A stretch of 61,924 nucleotides of DNA. Source: Azolla caroliniana (taxonomy: Eukaryota > Plantae > Polypodiophyta). The DNA is taken from NCBI GenBank assembly GCA_043228905.1, contig JBHGNT010000169.1, positions 1-61,924 of the forward strand, written 5' to 3'. This document shows positions 33,331 to 45,560 of this stretch, piece by piece. The number at the start of each line of letters is the position of its first letter. Position 1 is the first letter of the stretch. The position numbers and the translations under genes were made by a program. The notes under the pieces are model-generated. The model had not been told where the DNA came from and searched no databases. It saw nothing but the letters and a program-made list of their open reading frames with translations.

Positions 33331-36300
33331 GGGGGAGATAGTGTCATGGCAAGACTCGAACCCATGACTTTATGCTACATGGGTCGAGCTCTTACCATTA
33401 GATTATGAATTGTATTTTGTAGGATATTATTTTCATTTATACTTTATCATAGAAAATTGATGTATATTCCAGATCTCTCTAGAACATTCTAGAAGCTTCA
33501 GGATTATTCCTAAAAACACTATAAAAGGAGGCACAAGGCATTGTTTTGAACCAAATTGGTTGCCTCTTAGCCGCTTGTACTTATCTTTTCACATAATATA
33601 TTAGCTGCTGTCATCATCTCTCTCTCTCTCATTCTCGCTATCTCTCTCTCTCTCCTCTTCTCACTTCCTCTCTCGGGAATCTTACGCGGTCCCGTCTTCT
33701 TAGTACTAATAGTACTGCTGTTCTTAGTACTAATTCCATCTCTGTTTTAGTACTATTCCTGACACTGAGAGGATATCTGCATCCTTGGGCTTCGGTAACC
33801 GGCTCCTCCATTTGCTCTTCATCCGAATCTGATTTGGGGTCTTGTCCGGTTTCTGTTTCACCTATTCCTTCTTCTTCAGCCAATTTTGTCTCCTCACCGT
33901 CACCGGCCGGTTCATCAAGTGCTAACCGGCTTCTTGCCGGTTGGAACTACATTTCATCAAATTGAAATTTTTCCTTACCGGTCAACTCGGAGTTCATTAT
34001 CTTCTTCTCTGACTCCCAGTCGGCGAGCGTCTTGTCCTCCATGAAGATAATATCTCGATTCCGGAATACTTTCTGGTCGACCGGGGCCCACACTCGGTAG
34101 CCAAACTCATCGTCGCCGTAACCGAGGAATATGCATGGCCGGGACTTCGGATCTAACTTTCCTCTCCGGTCCTTAGCTACATGCACATACGCAAGACACC
34201 TGAATACCTTCATATGCCGGTAGGACACTTCCTTACCAGTCCAGACTCTTTGTGGCGTGTCTCCATCCAAGGGTACTGAGGGTGATCAGTTTATCACATA
34301 TGTCGTCTTTGACAGTGCCTCAGGCTAAAACTTCTTGGGTAATTTTGCATGCCCCAGCATACTCTAGACCCTCTCCATTATGGTCTGGTTCATCCTCTAG
34401 GCCAGCCCGTTCAGTTCCGGCGTCTTCGGCACGGTAAATTCGAGCCGGCTTCCCATCGAGCGACAGTACTCCTAGAACTGCCCCCGGTATTCTCCTCCGT
34501 TGTCTGCTTGAACCACCTTCAGCTTCCGGCTGGTTTCTCTTTCCACTCTCGCATGGAGCTCTTTGAAGATGGATAGCACCTGATCCTTCGTCTTCAACGG
34601 TGTGGCCCACAGCTTCCGATTGTGGTCATCTATGAACGTCACGAAGTACTGCGATCCGGCATGTGACTTCGTGTCCACTTGACACACATCAGTATGCACC
34701 AACTCTAGTGGTGCATTACGTCTCATCGGTGGGCTCGATCGGAAGGAGGTCCAGTTTTGTTTACCGGCTAGGCAATCGGTGCACCTCTTAAGATGCACGT
34801 TCTTCACTGGAATGAGGTTGTCATCGGCAAGCCTCTTCATCCCCTTCACGCTCATGTGACACAGTCTCCTATGCCACAGCTCACCGGCAATGTCGGAAGC
34901 CACGTTCACTTCTTCCGAGCATAACCGGGCATTCATCAGGTACAACGTGTTGACCTTCCAGGCCCGAGCCACTATCAAGTTCCCTTTGCTGAATTTCATG
35001 ACTCCGTTCCGGATGCTACCCGTGTAGCCTTCATCATCTAGCCGACCGGCTGATATCAGGTTCAATCGAACCTCTGGAACGTGTCAGACATCCTTCAGTA
35101 GCAGCTTGCATCCGGTTGGTGTTGTCAACCACACGTCTCCTATGCCGACAATCCGACATATACCTTCATTCCCCATCCGGACACAGCCGTGATCACCGGC
35201 TGTGTAGGATGAGAAGCATTTCCAGTCCGGGGAAAGGTGGAACGACGCTCCTGAATCGACAACCCACGTTATCTCGTCGCCGGCAAGGTTCAACTCACTC
35301 TCCTCGGTGATGAGCATCAACTCTTCTTCACTTGCCGCGATTGCCGTCGTTCCCTTCCGGTCCAGCCCCCTCCAGTCTTTACCATTCCGGTCCGGTGTCT
35401 GCTTCGAATCGGTACCATCGGTTTCCTTGTCTTTTCGGAAGTGCCGATAGTTCTTCTGGGAGTGTCCCGGCTTGCCGCAATAGAAGCAAGTAGGCCTCCC
35501 CCTTGACTTTGACCATGTCCCCGACTTTTCCTGGTTCTGGGGACTACGGTTCCTTTGCCTTCCGCGTTCCGATTCGGTAAGGAGTGCTTTGGAGTCGGAG
35601 CTCGTATCGTTATCTTTCCGACGCGCCTCCTCATCTAGTAAGCTCGACTTCACTCTTGCTTGGGATAACCGTTTTCCTTCCGGCCCGACGTTGCCCAAAG
35701 TGATGACCAATGTCTCCCAACTATCTGGGAGGGAACAGAGCAGGAGTAGTGCTAGTACCTCATCGGCGAGAGGTACTTCTAATGATGTTGCCTGGTGTAT
35801 TAGCCCCTGGAAGGCATTCATGTGCTCTGCCATGTTGGAGCCATCTTGGTACCAGAGTCTTACTAGCTTCCGAAATACCGAAACCTGATTAACAGCACTT
35901 TTGTTCTGAAACATAATGTCGATCTTCTCCCAGAGCTCATGAGCCTTGCTCTCTTAATTGAAGTTGTTGTATAGACTCATGTCGATGAAGCACCGTTTGT
36001 ACGTCGTTGTCTTCATGTGCATCACCTCCCATATCGTGGCATCGATTTTGTCGGGTCTCTTGTCCCCGAACTGAACCGGCAACCAAAGTTCTTTAACCAC
36101 GAGCATGTCCCTCATCTTCGACTTCCACACTGAATAGTTGGAGCCGGTGAGCTTGAACATGCCTCCCAACGAATCGTCCATTTTTCTGTGTCGTTTTGCT
36201 CTGATACCAGTTTGAAGTTAAAATCGTTGTCACCCACAACCGATTTTGTGTGCGGAATAATAGTCAATCTAATGGAGAGGAAAGTCAGAGTACAGAAACT

Positions 36301-36509
36301 GAGAATGACACAGATTTTAACGTCGAAACCCGAACTGGGAAAAACCACGTGGAGTCCATAAACTCCGAAACAGAACACTATGAGAGAAAGGAATACAATC
36401 AGAGATCTCAGAGGCAACGACCTCGAGATCCTGCTTCGCCAACAGGCGGCTATGGACCTCACATGCTTCCACTCACACTCGTTCACTCTCTCCGTTACAA
36501 AGGCCATGA

Positions 36510-39500
36510 AACACGTTTGCGTTCACAAGTGGAAGGATCGCGCACAAGTGGAAGGATAAGGAATATTCCGTTTGATTTTGGGGTTTTTTTTTCCATTTCA
36601 CAAAACATCTTGATACTAGTATCACATGTTCTCCAAAACTTGATGAAAAAGTTGAAAATTTCACCATTTGGTAAAATTGAAAAATGCCAAATTTGGGTAA
36701 AATATGAAAAGTAACTTTGTGGATTTTTAAAGAAAAATGACAACTAATAAGTTTTTAGATCTTAAAGAAATCAAAGTAGAATATTTCAAAACAATGAACG
36801 TTTTTATTCCATTCGATAAAATGTTGTCTAAATTTGTTACATATAGTTGCACAACAAATACATTTGGGAGTTATTTGCATGACTATCATCATTCTTTTCA
36901 TGAGAATCACTACTATAGATAATATACAATTGTCACTCTTCCTCCTCATCTTCCAATATACCAATCAAATCATTGTCTTCACCAAATGGTATCTCTAAAT
37001 TTTGTGCAATAAATCTTCTTCGCCTTCAATCTGAGATATCTTCTAGACTTGCTAATATCTCTTTTATTATGCATATCGTTGTTGTCCTTATACATCCAAC
37101 TTTTGTTTGTGTAAAGTCATACATAATGATATCCACCTCATTAATGTCAATGATAGATGTATTACAAACGTTTAATACATCATCACGTCCAAAACTTTAC
37201 CAATGCAGAATTGGTACCCTAGGTCATGGCCATCTACATGTGTAGCTATTAATATCCCCATCTTGAGTTCTTGCAAGTTTCCTTGTCATCTGAGTTATAC
37301 TTGTATTGTCATCCTTCGTTCCAACTATAAAGATTAACATTAAGTAGTGATTAAGAACCAGCGAACACTTTATGGACCATGTAAATGGCATTTGCAAGGT
37401 TCAATTACCATCAACACAATTATTAATAGTTTTTTGTTAATCAATGATGCACATGTTCACCATAAAGTATCTTGTTGTACAACATACTTGTTTGCACTAT
37501 CAATATGGGTGAAAGCATGGGGATGGGAACAATTAGCTATGTCCTTGACATAGCTAATTAGCTATCTAAAAAGCTACATGTAATCTGTATATTTTGGCAA
37601 ATTTAGGGATGATTAGAATTTGATCTCAGAAAAAGACTAGCTAAACAGTTGACCATAAATGGTAATATTTCCATCTCCATAATAAATGATACGTATCTTT
37701 AAGATCTTCCTACTAAATATTAGCTATAAAAAAAACTATTTAGCTGTGGTCATTTTAGCAGCTAAATAGCTATAATAGTGTTTCCATTCGCATGCTTTAA
37801 CCCATATGCATCTTTTTCTCTTGTTAAAACAAACATTTTAGTACGATTCAAGTTCATGTTTAAAAAACCTCTTTTATTTGAAAAACAACAAGATTTTGAA
37901 CATTAAGTCGATATGTTATATCGAGTTGATGTAAAAAAATAGAGTTTTCATCATAATTCCATACAATGTATTGAATTCTTGCTCAAAGTTTTTTTTACTG
38001 GATTTAAAAAATAATAATAATAATAAATTGTGCTTGAGTTCATCTAGAAAACCATAATTTCATCACAATTCGATATAATGTATTGAGTTCATGCTTAAAG
38101 TAATTTTTTCTAATTGTTTTCAATTTTTTATAATTTTTTATTGATTTTGTTTTATTTTTTAAACATCAATTTGATACATTGTATCGACTTGTGATAAAAG
38201 CTCTGGTTTTTTCATCACTTATTAAAGCTCAATTTTTTTTTAGAAAAAAAAAAACAAAATACCAAAATAAAATAGAAAAAAATGTAATTATTTTTTTTTA
38301 AAAATCCAAATTTAAATTTTTCATGTCATGATATGGTAGGACTCAAACCCATGACCTTATGCTACATGGGTCGAGCTCTTGACCATTAGACCATACATTG
38401 TAATACAAAAAATATTATTTTTATCACTTATTAAAGCTCAAATTGTTTTTAGAAAAAAAACAAAACACCATAATAAAATAGGAAAAAATGTAATTATTTC
38501 TTAAAACAAATCCGAAATAAAACTTTAAACATGAACTCGATACGGCGTATCGAGTTCATGTTGAAAAGGCGTATCGAGTTCATGTAAAAAAGTTAGCTTA
38601 GTTCATGTCATGATATGGTAGGACTCAAACCCATGACCTTATGCTACATGGGTTGAGCTCTTGACCATTAGACCATACATTGTAATACATAAAATATTAT
38701 TTTTATCACTTATTAAAGCTTAAATTTTTTTATAGGAAAAAATGTAATTATTTTTAAAAAATAATCCGAAATAAAACTTTAAACATGAACTCGATACGCC
38801 ATATCGAGTTCATGTAAAAAAGCTAAACCCTAAAGCTAACTTTTTTACATGAACTCGATACGGCGTATCGAGTTCATGTAAAAAAGTTAGCTTAGAGCTT
38901 AGTTCATGTCATGATATGGTAGGACTTGAACCCATGACCTTATGCTACATGGGTCAAGCTCTTGACCATTAGACCATACATTATAATACATAAAATATTA
39001 TTTTCATCCCTTATTAAAGCTGAAAGTTTTTTAGAAAAAAAAACAAAATACCAAAATAAAATAGGAAAAAATGTAATTCTTTTTTTTTAAAAATCCGAAA
39101 TAAAACTTTAAACATGAACTCGATACGCCGTATTGAGTTCATGTAAAAAAGTTAGCTTTTCAACCTGAACTTGATACGCCGTAGATTAACTCATGTCATC
39201 ATCATTCCCTCTCAGTCCCTCTCTCTCTCTCACTCACTCTCTCTCTCTTCTTTTCTCAAGTGTTCTACACCTTAAATTCTTCTTAGTACTAATATTTCTC
39301 TCCTAGTACTAATTTCGTCTCTGTCTTAGAATTTTGTTTTTGAGCTTTAATAAGTGATGAAAAAACCAGAGTTTTTATCACAAGTCGATACAATGTATCA
39401 AGTTCATGTTTAAAATTATTATTTTTTCCATAAAAAATAAAAATAAATAAAAGAAATTGAAAAAAACAAAAAAACTTTGAAAATAAATAAATAAAATTGA

Positions 39501-40509
39501 AACAAATTGAAAATGTTTTTTTAAAAATTAGAAAAAATTACTTTAAACATGAACTCGATACATTGTATTGAATTGTGATGAAAAATCTGGTTTTTCTATG
39601 AACTCAAGCTTAATTTATTTATTTATTTATTTTTTAAATCCGGTAAAAAAACTTTGAACATGAATTCAATATATTGTATAGAGTTATGATGAAAACTCTA
39701 TTTTTTACGTCAATTCAATACAACATATCATGTTCATGTTAAAAACTCTTGTTGTTTTTCAAATAAAGAGGGTTTTTAAAGATGTATGTTGCACAACAAG
39801 ATACCTTATGGTAAATATGTGCTTCATTTATTAGAAGAAAACCATTCATAATTGTATTGATGGTAATTGAATTTTGCAAATGCCATTTACTTCACAAATT
39901 TTGAAGGGGAATTCTTATAAGGAAGGAGATTATAACATTGTAGATACCTTGATAACTATGTGTTATGTTCAAATTGATATATTAATGTTCACATCTAAAG
40001 TTTGACAATTTATGAATATCGTCTACATTTTAGGAGTTGTGGATTTATCAAAATTGTTTATGAATATTGTCTACATTTCTTGAGTTGTGAATTTATGGAT
40101 GTTAATGAACACTAATTTATAGATGATGACATTAAGGATTGCAATATTACCTTTTATACTTAAAAAAATTTCAAGTCTAACAATAGATGTAACCTTAATC
40201 TTCTCAAGACGGTGAAACCATTAATCTTAACTTGTCCCTTGAGTTGACAATAATTGTGATTTTCTTTAAGTTAACTACATTTCATATCTGCAAACCATCA
40301 ACATTTAAACATTATCCCTAAACTATTCAATTTTAGAAATTATCATTTTGAAATTTGTTAAATCTCAAAAAATTAGCAAAATTTAAATGTTATTTAAAAC
40401 ATGTGATACTAGTGTATCAAATTTTTGGAAATTGTCTAAAATCGCAAGATTATAAAAGGAATCTATAAGTGGAATGCGCAATCCTTCCACTTGTGAGTGC
40501 AAAGGTGTT
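36510..40509. mobile_element. Non-autonomous 4.0-kb foldback DNA transposon with ~35-bp imperfect TIRs and 4-bp TSD ATGA
   Basis: Left end aacacgtttgcgttcacaagtggaaggatcgcgca; right end reverse complement aacacctttgcactcacaagtggaaggattgcgca; ATGA at 36506-36509 and 40510-40513; the empty site is visible in the other LTR (~26283-26295). Confidence 0.85.
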
Positions 40510-41077
40510 ATGACCTCGACAACAGTAACTTTACACTAATGCACACGTCTAACATGATTGCCCTAAGTACTTATATACTAATGTGACCTTTCGACTATTT
40601 ACAAGTTTAGCCTTCTGTGTTGGCTATCTCCACAATTTCCGGTTTCGGCCTTGGCCGAGTTGCTTATCAACACAGTTCTTTTCACTTCCATCCGGATGGA
40701 CCTGTTTCCTAGCAGTTGATTATTTTGTTGGATTGACCAATATAATATATTCGTGGGTGGCAAGGAGATGGAAATTCAACCAGACACTAACAACATGATG
40801 GAGTTGTTCGAGCGGATGCTACAAGAACAACGCGCGATGTGAGAGATTGCGGCAGCAGTAGAGTGGCTCATGTAACGGAATGGACAATTCAATGGGAAAG
40901 ATGTGTCACGGTATTTGCGAGATTACAAGGCGGAAATGCTACAATGCGGAATTTCGGAAGGATTACAAGTGACATCCTTCAATCGGGTGGCGACCGACGG
41001 TCTTCAAGGGAGTATCCACGGGATACAATAATAGAATCCGATATGGGAAGCATTTGAAGAGGCCCTAAAGACCACGT

Positions 41078-42337
41078 TGTTGTGAAGATTTTCGGCAATG
41101 GTGTGAAAATCGCATAAAACAATAATAGTGAAGATACTAATTTGAAATAAGTTTAATATCTTAGTACAAAAAGATGGAGGTCTTGAAGAGCTTTCGAATG
41201 CACTTCACTATATAAGAAATGGACATCTAAGTGTCAAGTTATGTGGGTATGAAGTTTTGCAAAAGAAAAAGAGAAAAATAAAACTGTGAAATATCCCAGC
41301 TATATAAGAAGATTGAGATCCATCATATTTCATCTATGTGTTAAGAGCACATAAGAAATAGTTGGACAAGGGCCACTTTTGTCTAGATGGACATATGTGG
41401 CTAAGTCGCCGGATGTGGCTAAGTGCCCAAATCGGCCGGTGAAGAAACTCAAACCGGGCAATGACAGGACCGGAAACCGGATGGAGCCGGCAACCAGATG
41501 CATCCGGCAATCGTTGACCGGATGGATCCGGCAACCGGTGAACGGCATCTGGCGACGCGACGGAACCGGCGACCGGTGAACGGCATCTGGCAATGGGGCC
41601 GGTGAGCCGGTTCGGAACCAGCGACGGAGCCGGTGAGCCAATTCGGAGCCGGCAAAACCAGCAAAACCGGCAAGCGACTCGGGATGCGGACTGCGCTGGA
41701 CCAAATAGATGCAAATCAGACGGATCGGTTGGGTCGGTTGATCACGGTGCATGGTGTCTTAAAGATATTTGGTCCAAAAGCCTAATAGTATTTTGTGCAT
41801 AAAAGAAAAAGATATAACCAAGACTCGAACTTTGCACCTCCAAGATAGGAGGCAATAGACTTACCACTAGGCTATGTCATTTCCTTAAAAATGATTTTCC
41901 TATCATTATAGTTTTACATGTAAAGCCTCATATTAGAGCTTGATTGACATGTGATGCATGAGTGCCAAATGGCAAACATGCATCACATGCATTTCATGCA
42001 TTGTATGCATGTCTTGTACCCTCACATGCATCATATGCATGAGAGCATCTATAAAAAGGTGGATGAAAAAGATCAAAAGGGGGCTTGGTACTTTATATCA
42101 AAATTAATATTAAGAAGAAAATTCGTTATCCAATTGATATATTAATCTTGTTCTTCAAATCTAAAGTCAAGAGTTCAATCTTAATCTCTCTCTCAATCTA
42201 AAGTCAAGTGTTATATCTTATCTCAATCTATCTTAAATCCTTTCTCGCTAAAGCTAGTGCAAACTTCGAGTCCTTCCAGTTCAGAACCCCAGCGGTTCTG
42301 CCTCATGATCCGCACTTAGTGATGGATCTTCACGACA
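41078..42337 (+). mobile_element. Solo LTR (gypsy G-related) with 4-bp TSD ACGT
   Basis: TGTTGTGAAGA...TCTTCACGACA; removing it with a 4-bp TSD restores the gag frame (LKTTFAIEDS); TATA at ~42050. Confidence 0.85.
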
Positions 42338-44354
42338 ACGTTCGCCATCGAGGACTCCTCCAAGGCAATGAGGAGAGGATTCGAAGATTGGGTGGAAACA
42401 CCGGACAAGGGGATGAAGGTCCTCGATGTGTTTTCGGCATTCGAAAGTCGGTTCGGGAGGTTGTCCGCGAGAGATCAAGTTATCCTCGCACCGAACAAAG
42501 TGATCATGTTCCTACGAGCCATGGACGTCCGGGACCAAAAAGATCTTGGAGTGCTTCTGGACGACACGACCACCAAGAGTGGCCTCACTGATACATGGGA
42601 TAACGTGCGAGATATCGTCGCATGATACACAAAGAGGGGGCAATGGCTTGCTAACGAAGGAAAGAGGGTTTTGGAACTAATTCCGAAACCGAGATCCGGA
42701 TTGGAAGACCATCAACTGTGGGCTCGGGAGACTACAACCGAGAAGGGAATCGACGCAACCATGGTGGAGCAGTTGCTGAAGGAGATGGAGAATCTAAAAA
42801 TCGCGATGGTGAAGAAGTCGGATGACCGTCCCACAAGTTCCAAGTATATGGACCGTCGGTGTATATGGTGTGATAGCACCGAACATGATCGGAGGGATTG
42901 CGATGAGCTCGAGGCATTACGACGAGATCTTATCTACTACGAGGGAATTTAGGTTCATTCGATGGACTCTCGGAAGCCACTCCGACCGAACTTTCGGAAA
43001 GGCGGCATAAAGAAGGTCCTAGAGGAGGAAATAACGGCGAAAGGTAATTATGTGACAACCGCAGGAATAAGTGTGGGTGAGTCATCGGGAGCAAAGGCGT
43101 CTTTTTGGCCGGATGGGCTAGAAAACCCTAAGAAAACCGACTCCAATGAGATCCGAAGCACCATGGAAGGCATCCGCGAAGCTACGAGATGGGACTGCCC
43201 CGTCGATAAGAATAGTGTGTACACCTTATGTCAATTGCGTGAAGTGTATATAGACGAGAAACGACGGATGATGCAGCCAGACCATCGAAGACACCGGGAA
43301 GCTGGAACTCCGGAGGGAAGGGAAAAGAAAAGACGATTCCAGCATTCAAGTTCGCCTCGGACATCAAACAACAAACGGACTTGTAAAAGGTGTTCGAGGA
43401 GAGAATCCTCGATAGCCGGGTAGAATTTTCGCTTCAGGAATTACTCGGAATAACGAAGAAGGAGTTCCACGATCTTCTTGTGGATCTCGAGAAGAGGAAA
43501 AGACAAAGTACGAAGGAAAATGCTCCAAGGGTGAATGCAAATACCGTTTTAATGAATGACACCGAATTGGAGGACGAAATTCCGAACTCCCACTACACAA
43601 GGCCACATTGGGCACGTGCAACTACGGAGACTCCGGTCTGAATCGACAACATCAAAGAGCTTGTGCTAGCATTGATTGATCACGAATCGGAAATCAACTT
43701 GATGTCCAAGGAGTTCTACTAGAAGGGGAGGTGGCCTATTAATACTAATCAGGGATGGAAGATCCGGGTAGCCACTAAAGCAACATAACACCTATTTGCG
43801 GCTTGTCCAGATGTGACGGTGAATATCGGAGATGTGGAGATAGACCAAAATTTCTTCGTGTAAGATGAGGTCTCACATTTCGTGATCCTTGGGCAACCCT
43901 TCATCACAGCATCACGGATGGAGACGAAGGTGCTCGATAGCAGTGCGGCTTTCGCACGAATTCGGAGTCAAAGTGGAGGGAAATCCATCCAATTCCTAAT
44001 TGTGCCTACGAATCATGAAAGGAACAAGCGGGAGCTCTTGTCCCAAACAAAGATGGATTTTTAGAGCGGACTATTGCGGAGTGGGGAAGTGATAGTCCAA
44101 GAAGCCCTGATACCCCACACAGGAAGAAAACTCTCAAAGCAAAACAAGTACAAATCGGTCCAGATGGGGCATCTACGTACACGACCGTAACCGGAGGAAT
44201 GAAGAAAGAATACCAAAAAGTAGAGGATAAGTTATGGTCGGCATCAATAATAAAAGAAGATGAAGAAATCATGGGTGTAGTCGAAGAAGTGTTCTATGGG
44301 AGCACGCTACAACGGCTTGAAGAGCTTGCGAAAGAAAATAGTCAGGGAGACCGG

Positions 44355-44930
44355 TGTCGTGAAGATCCGTCACTATGTGCGGATCGTGAGGCGGAACCGC
44401 CGGGGTTCTGGACCGGAAGGACTCGAAGCACGCATTAGCTTTAGCGAGAAAGGATTTAAGATAGATTGAGGGTGAGAGATTGAGATAAGATAGAACGCTT
44501 GACTTTAGGTTGAGAGAGATTGATATGGCAAGAGAGAGACAGAGAGTGAGAGAGATAAGATCAAACTTTTAGCTTTAGATTTGAGAGACAAGATACATCA
44601 TCAACTGGAGAACGAATTTTCTTCTTCTTAAATTCTTGAATCATACATAGCATACTTTTGAACTTTTTCATCCATCCTTTTATAGATGCTCCCATGCATA
44701 TGATGCATGCGGGTACAAGACATGCATACAATGCATGGAATGCATGTGATGCATGTTTGCCATTTGGTGCTCATGCATCACATGTCACTCAATCAAGCTC
44801 TAATATGAGAATTTACATGTAAAACTATAATGATAAGAAAAATATTTTTAAGGAAATGTCATAGCCTAGTGGTAAGTCTATGGACTCTCAACGTGGAGGT
44901 GTAAGGATCAAGTCTTCACTTGCACTCCTT

Positions 44931-44973
<43 letters not shown>

Positions 44974-45560
44974 TATTATTAATATATTTTTACAAGGCGT
45001 TTCTCCGTCCAATCGTCGTTTCGTCGGCCCCGTCGATCGTCGTCGCCAGATAATGCCGGATGCCGGATGCCGGTCGTCGGATGCCGATCTTGCTGACTCC
45101 GTCGGTCGCCGTTGTCGGTCACCGACGCCGATTACCGTGGTCAATCACTGTCGCCGGATTCGTCCAAAACACATAGTTATATGTATTTGACTACATCCAT
45201 TCGTTAAGTCATACAACTTAACCTTTCTATGCTCCACACATAAAGACAAAACCAATAGCTTTTGCTCTGCCTTATATATGGTGGGATCTTTATTTGTCCA
45301 GTCTATGTGGGATATCACATATTTTCCTCTTCTTCTTTGCAAATTTCATACCCACATAACTTGACACTTAGATGTTTGTTTTCCTATGTAGTAAAGTACA
45401 TTCATAAGCTCTTCAAGACCTCCATCTTTTTGTACCAAGATATTAAACTTATTTAAAATAGTATCTTTACTATTATTGTTTTATATTTCGCGAGAAGAAC
45501 CACACTCGATTTCGTATGTTCCTTACAAGTTTCACACTATCGCCGAAAATCTTCACAACA
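44355..45560 (-). mobile_element. Solo LTR of the same family, inverted, flanks CCGG/TCGG
   Basis: TGTCGTGAAGA...TCTTCACAACA; reverse-complement similarity to 41078-42337 at both ends with a divergent GC-rich middle. Confidence 0.85.

Larger units (their letters stand above)
28142..33764 (+). mobile_element. Near-intact Tcn1-like Ty3/gypsy chromovirus
   Basis: 423-bp LTRs 28142-28564 and 33342-33764 with three differences spotted; TSD CTGAG; PPT aagggggaga; gag, PR, RT, RH, IN and chromodomain present. Confidence 0.96.
25994..40714 (-). mobile_element. Degenerate Ty1/copia element A2 (3' LTR 25994-26492; 5' LTR 36213-40714 split by a TIR element)
   Basis: TSD GTTGA (25989-25993, 40715-40719); PBS tggtatcagagc ending at 36209; fragmented gag-pol 26487-36181 homologous to 9907-13980. 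Confidence 0.93.
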
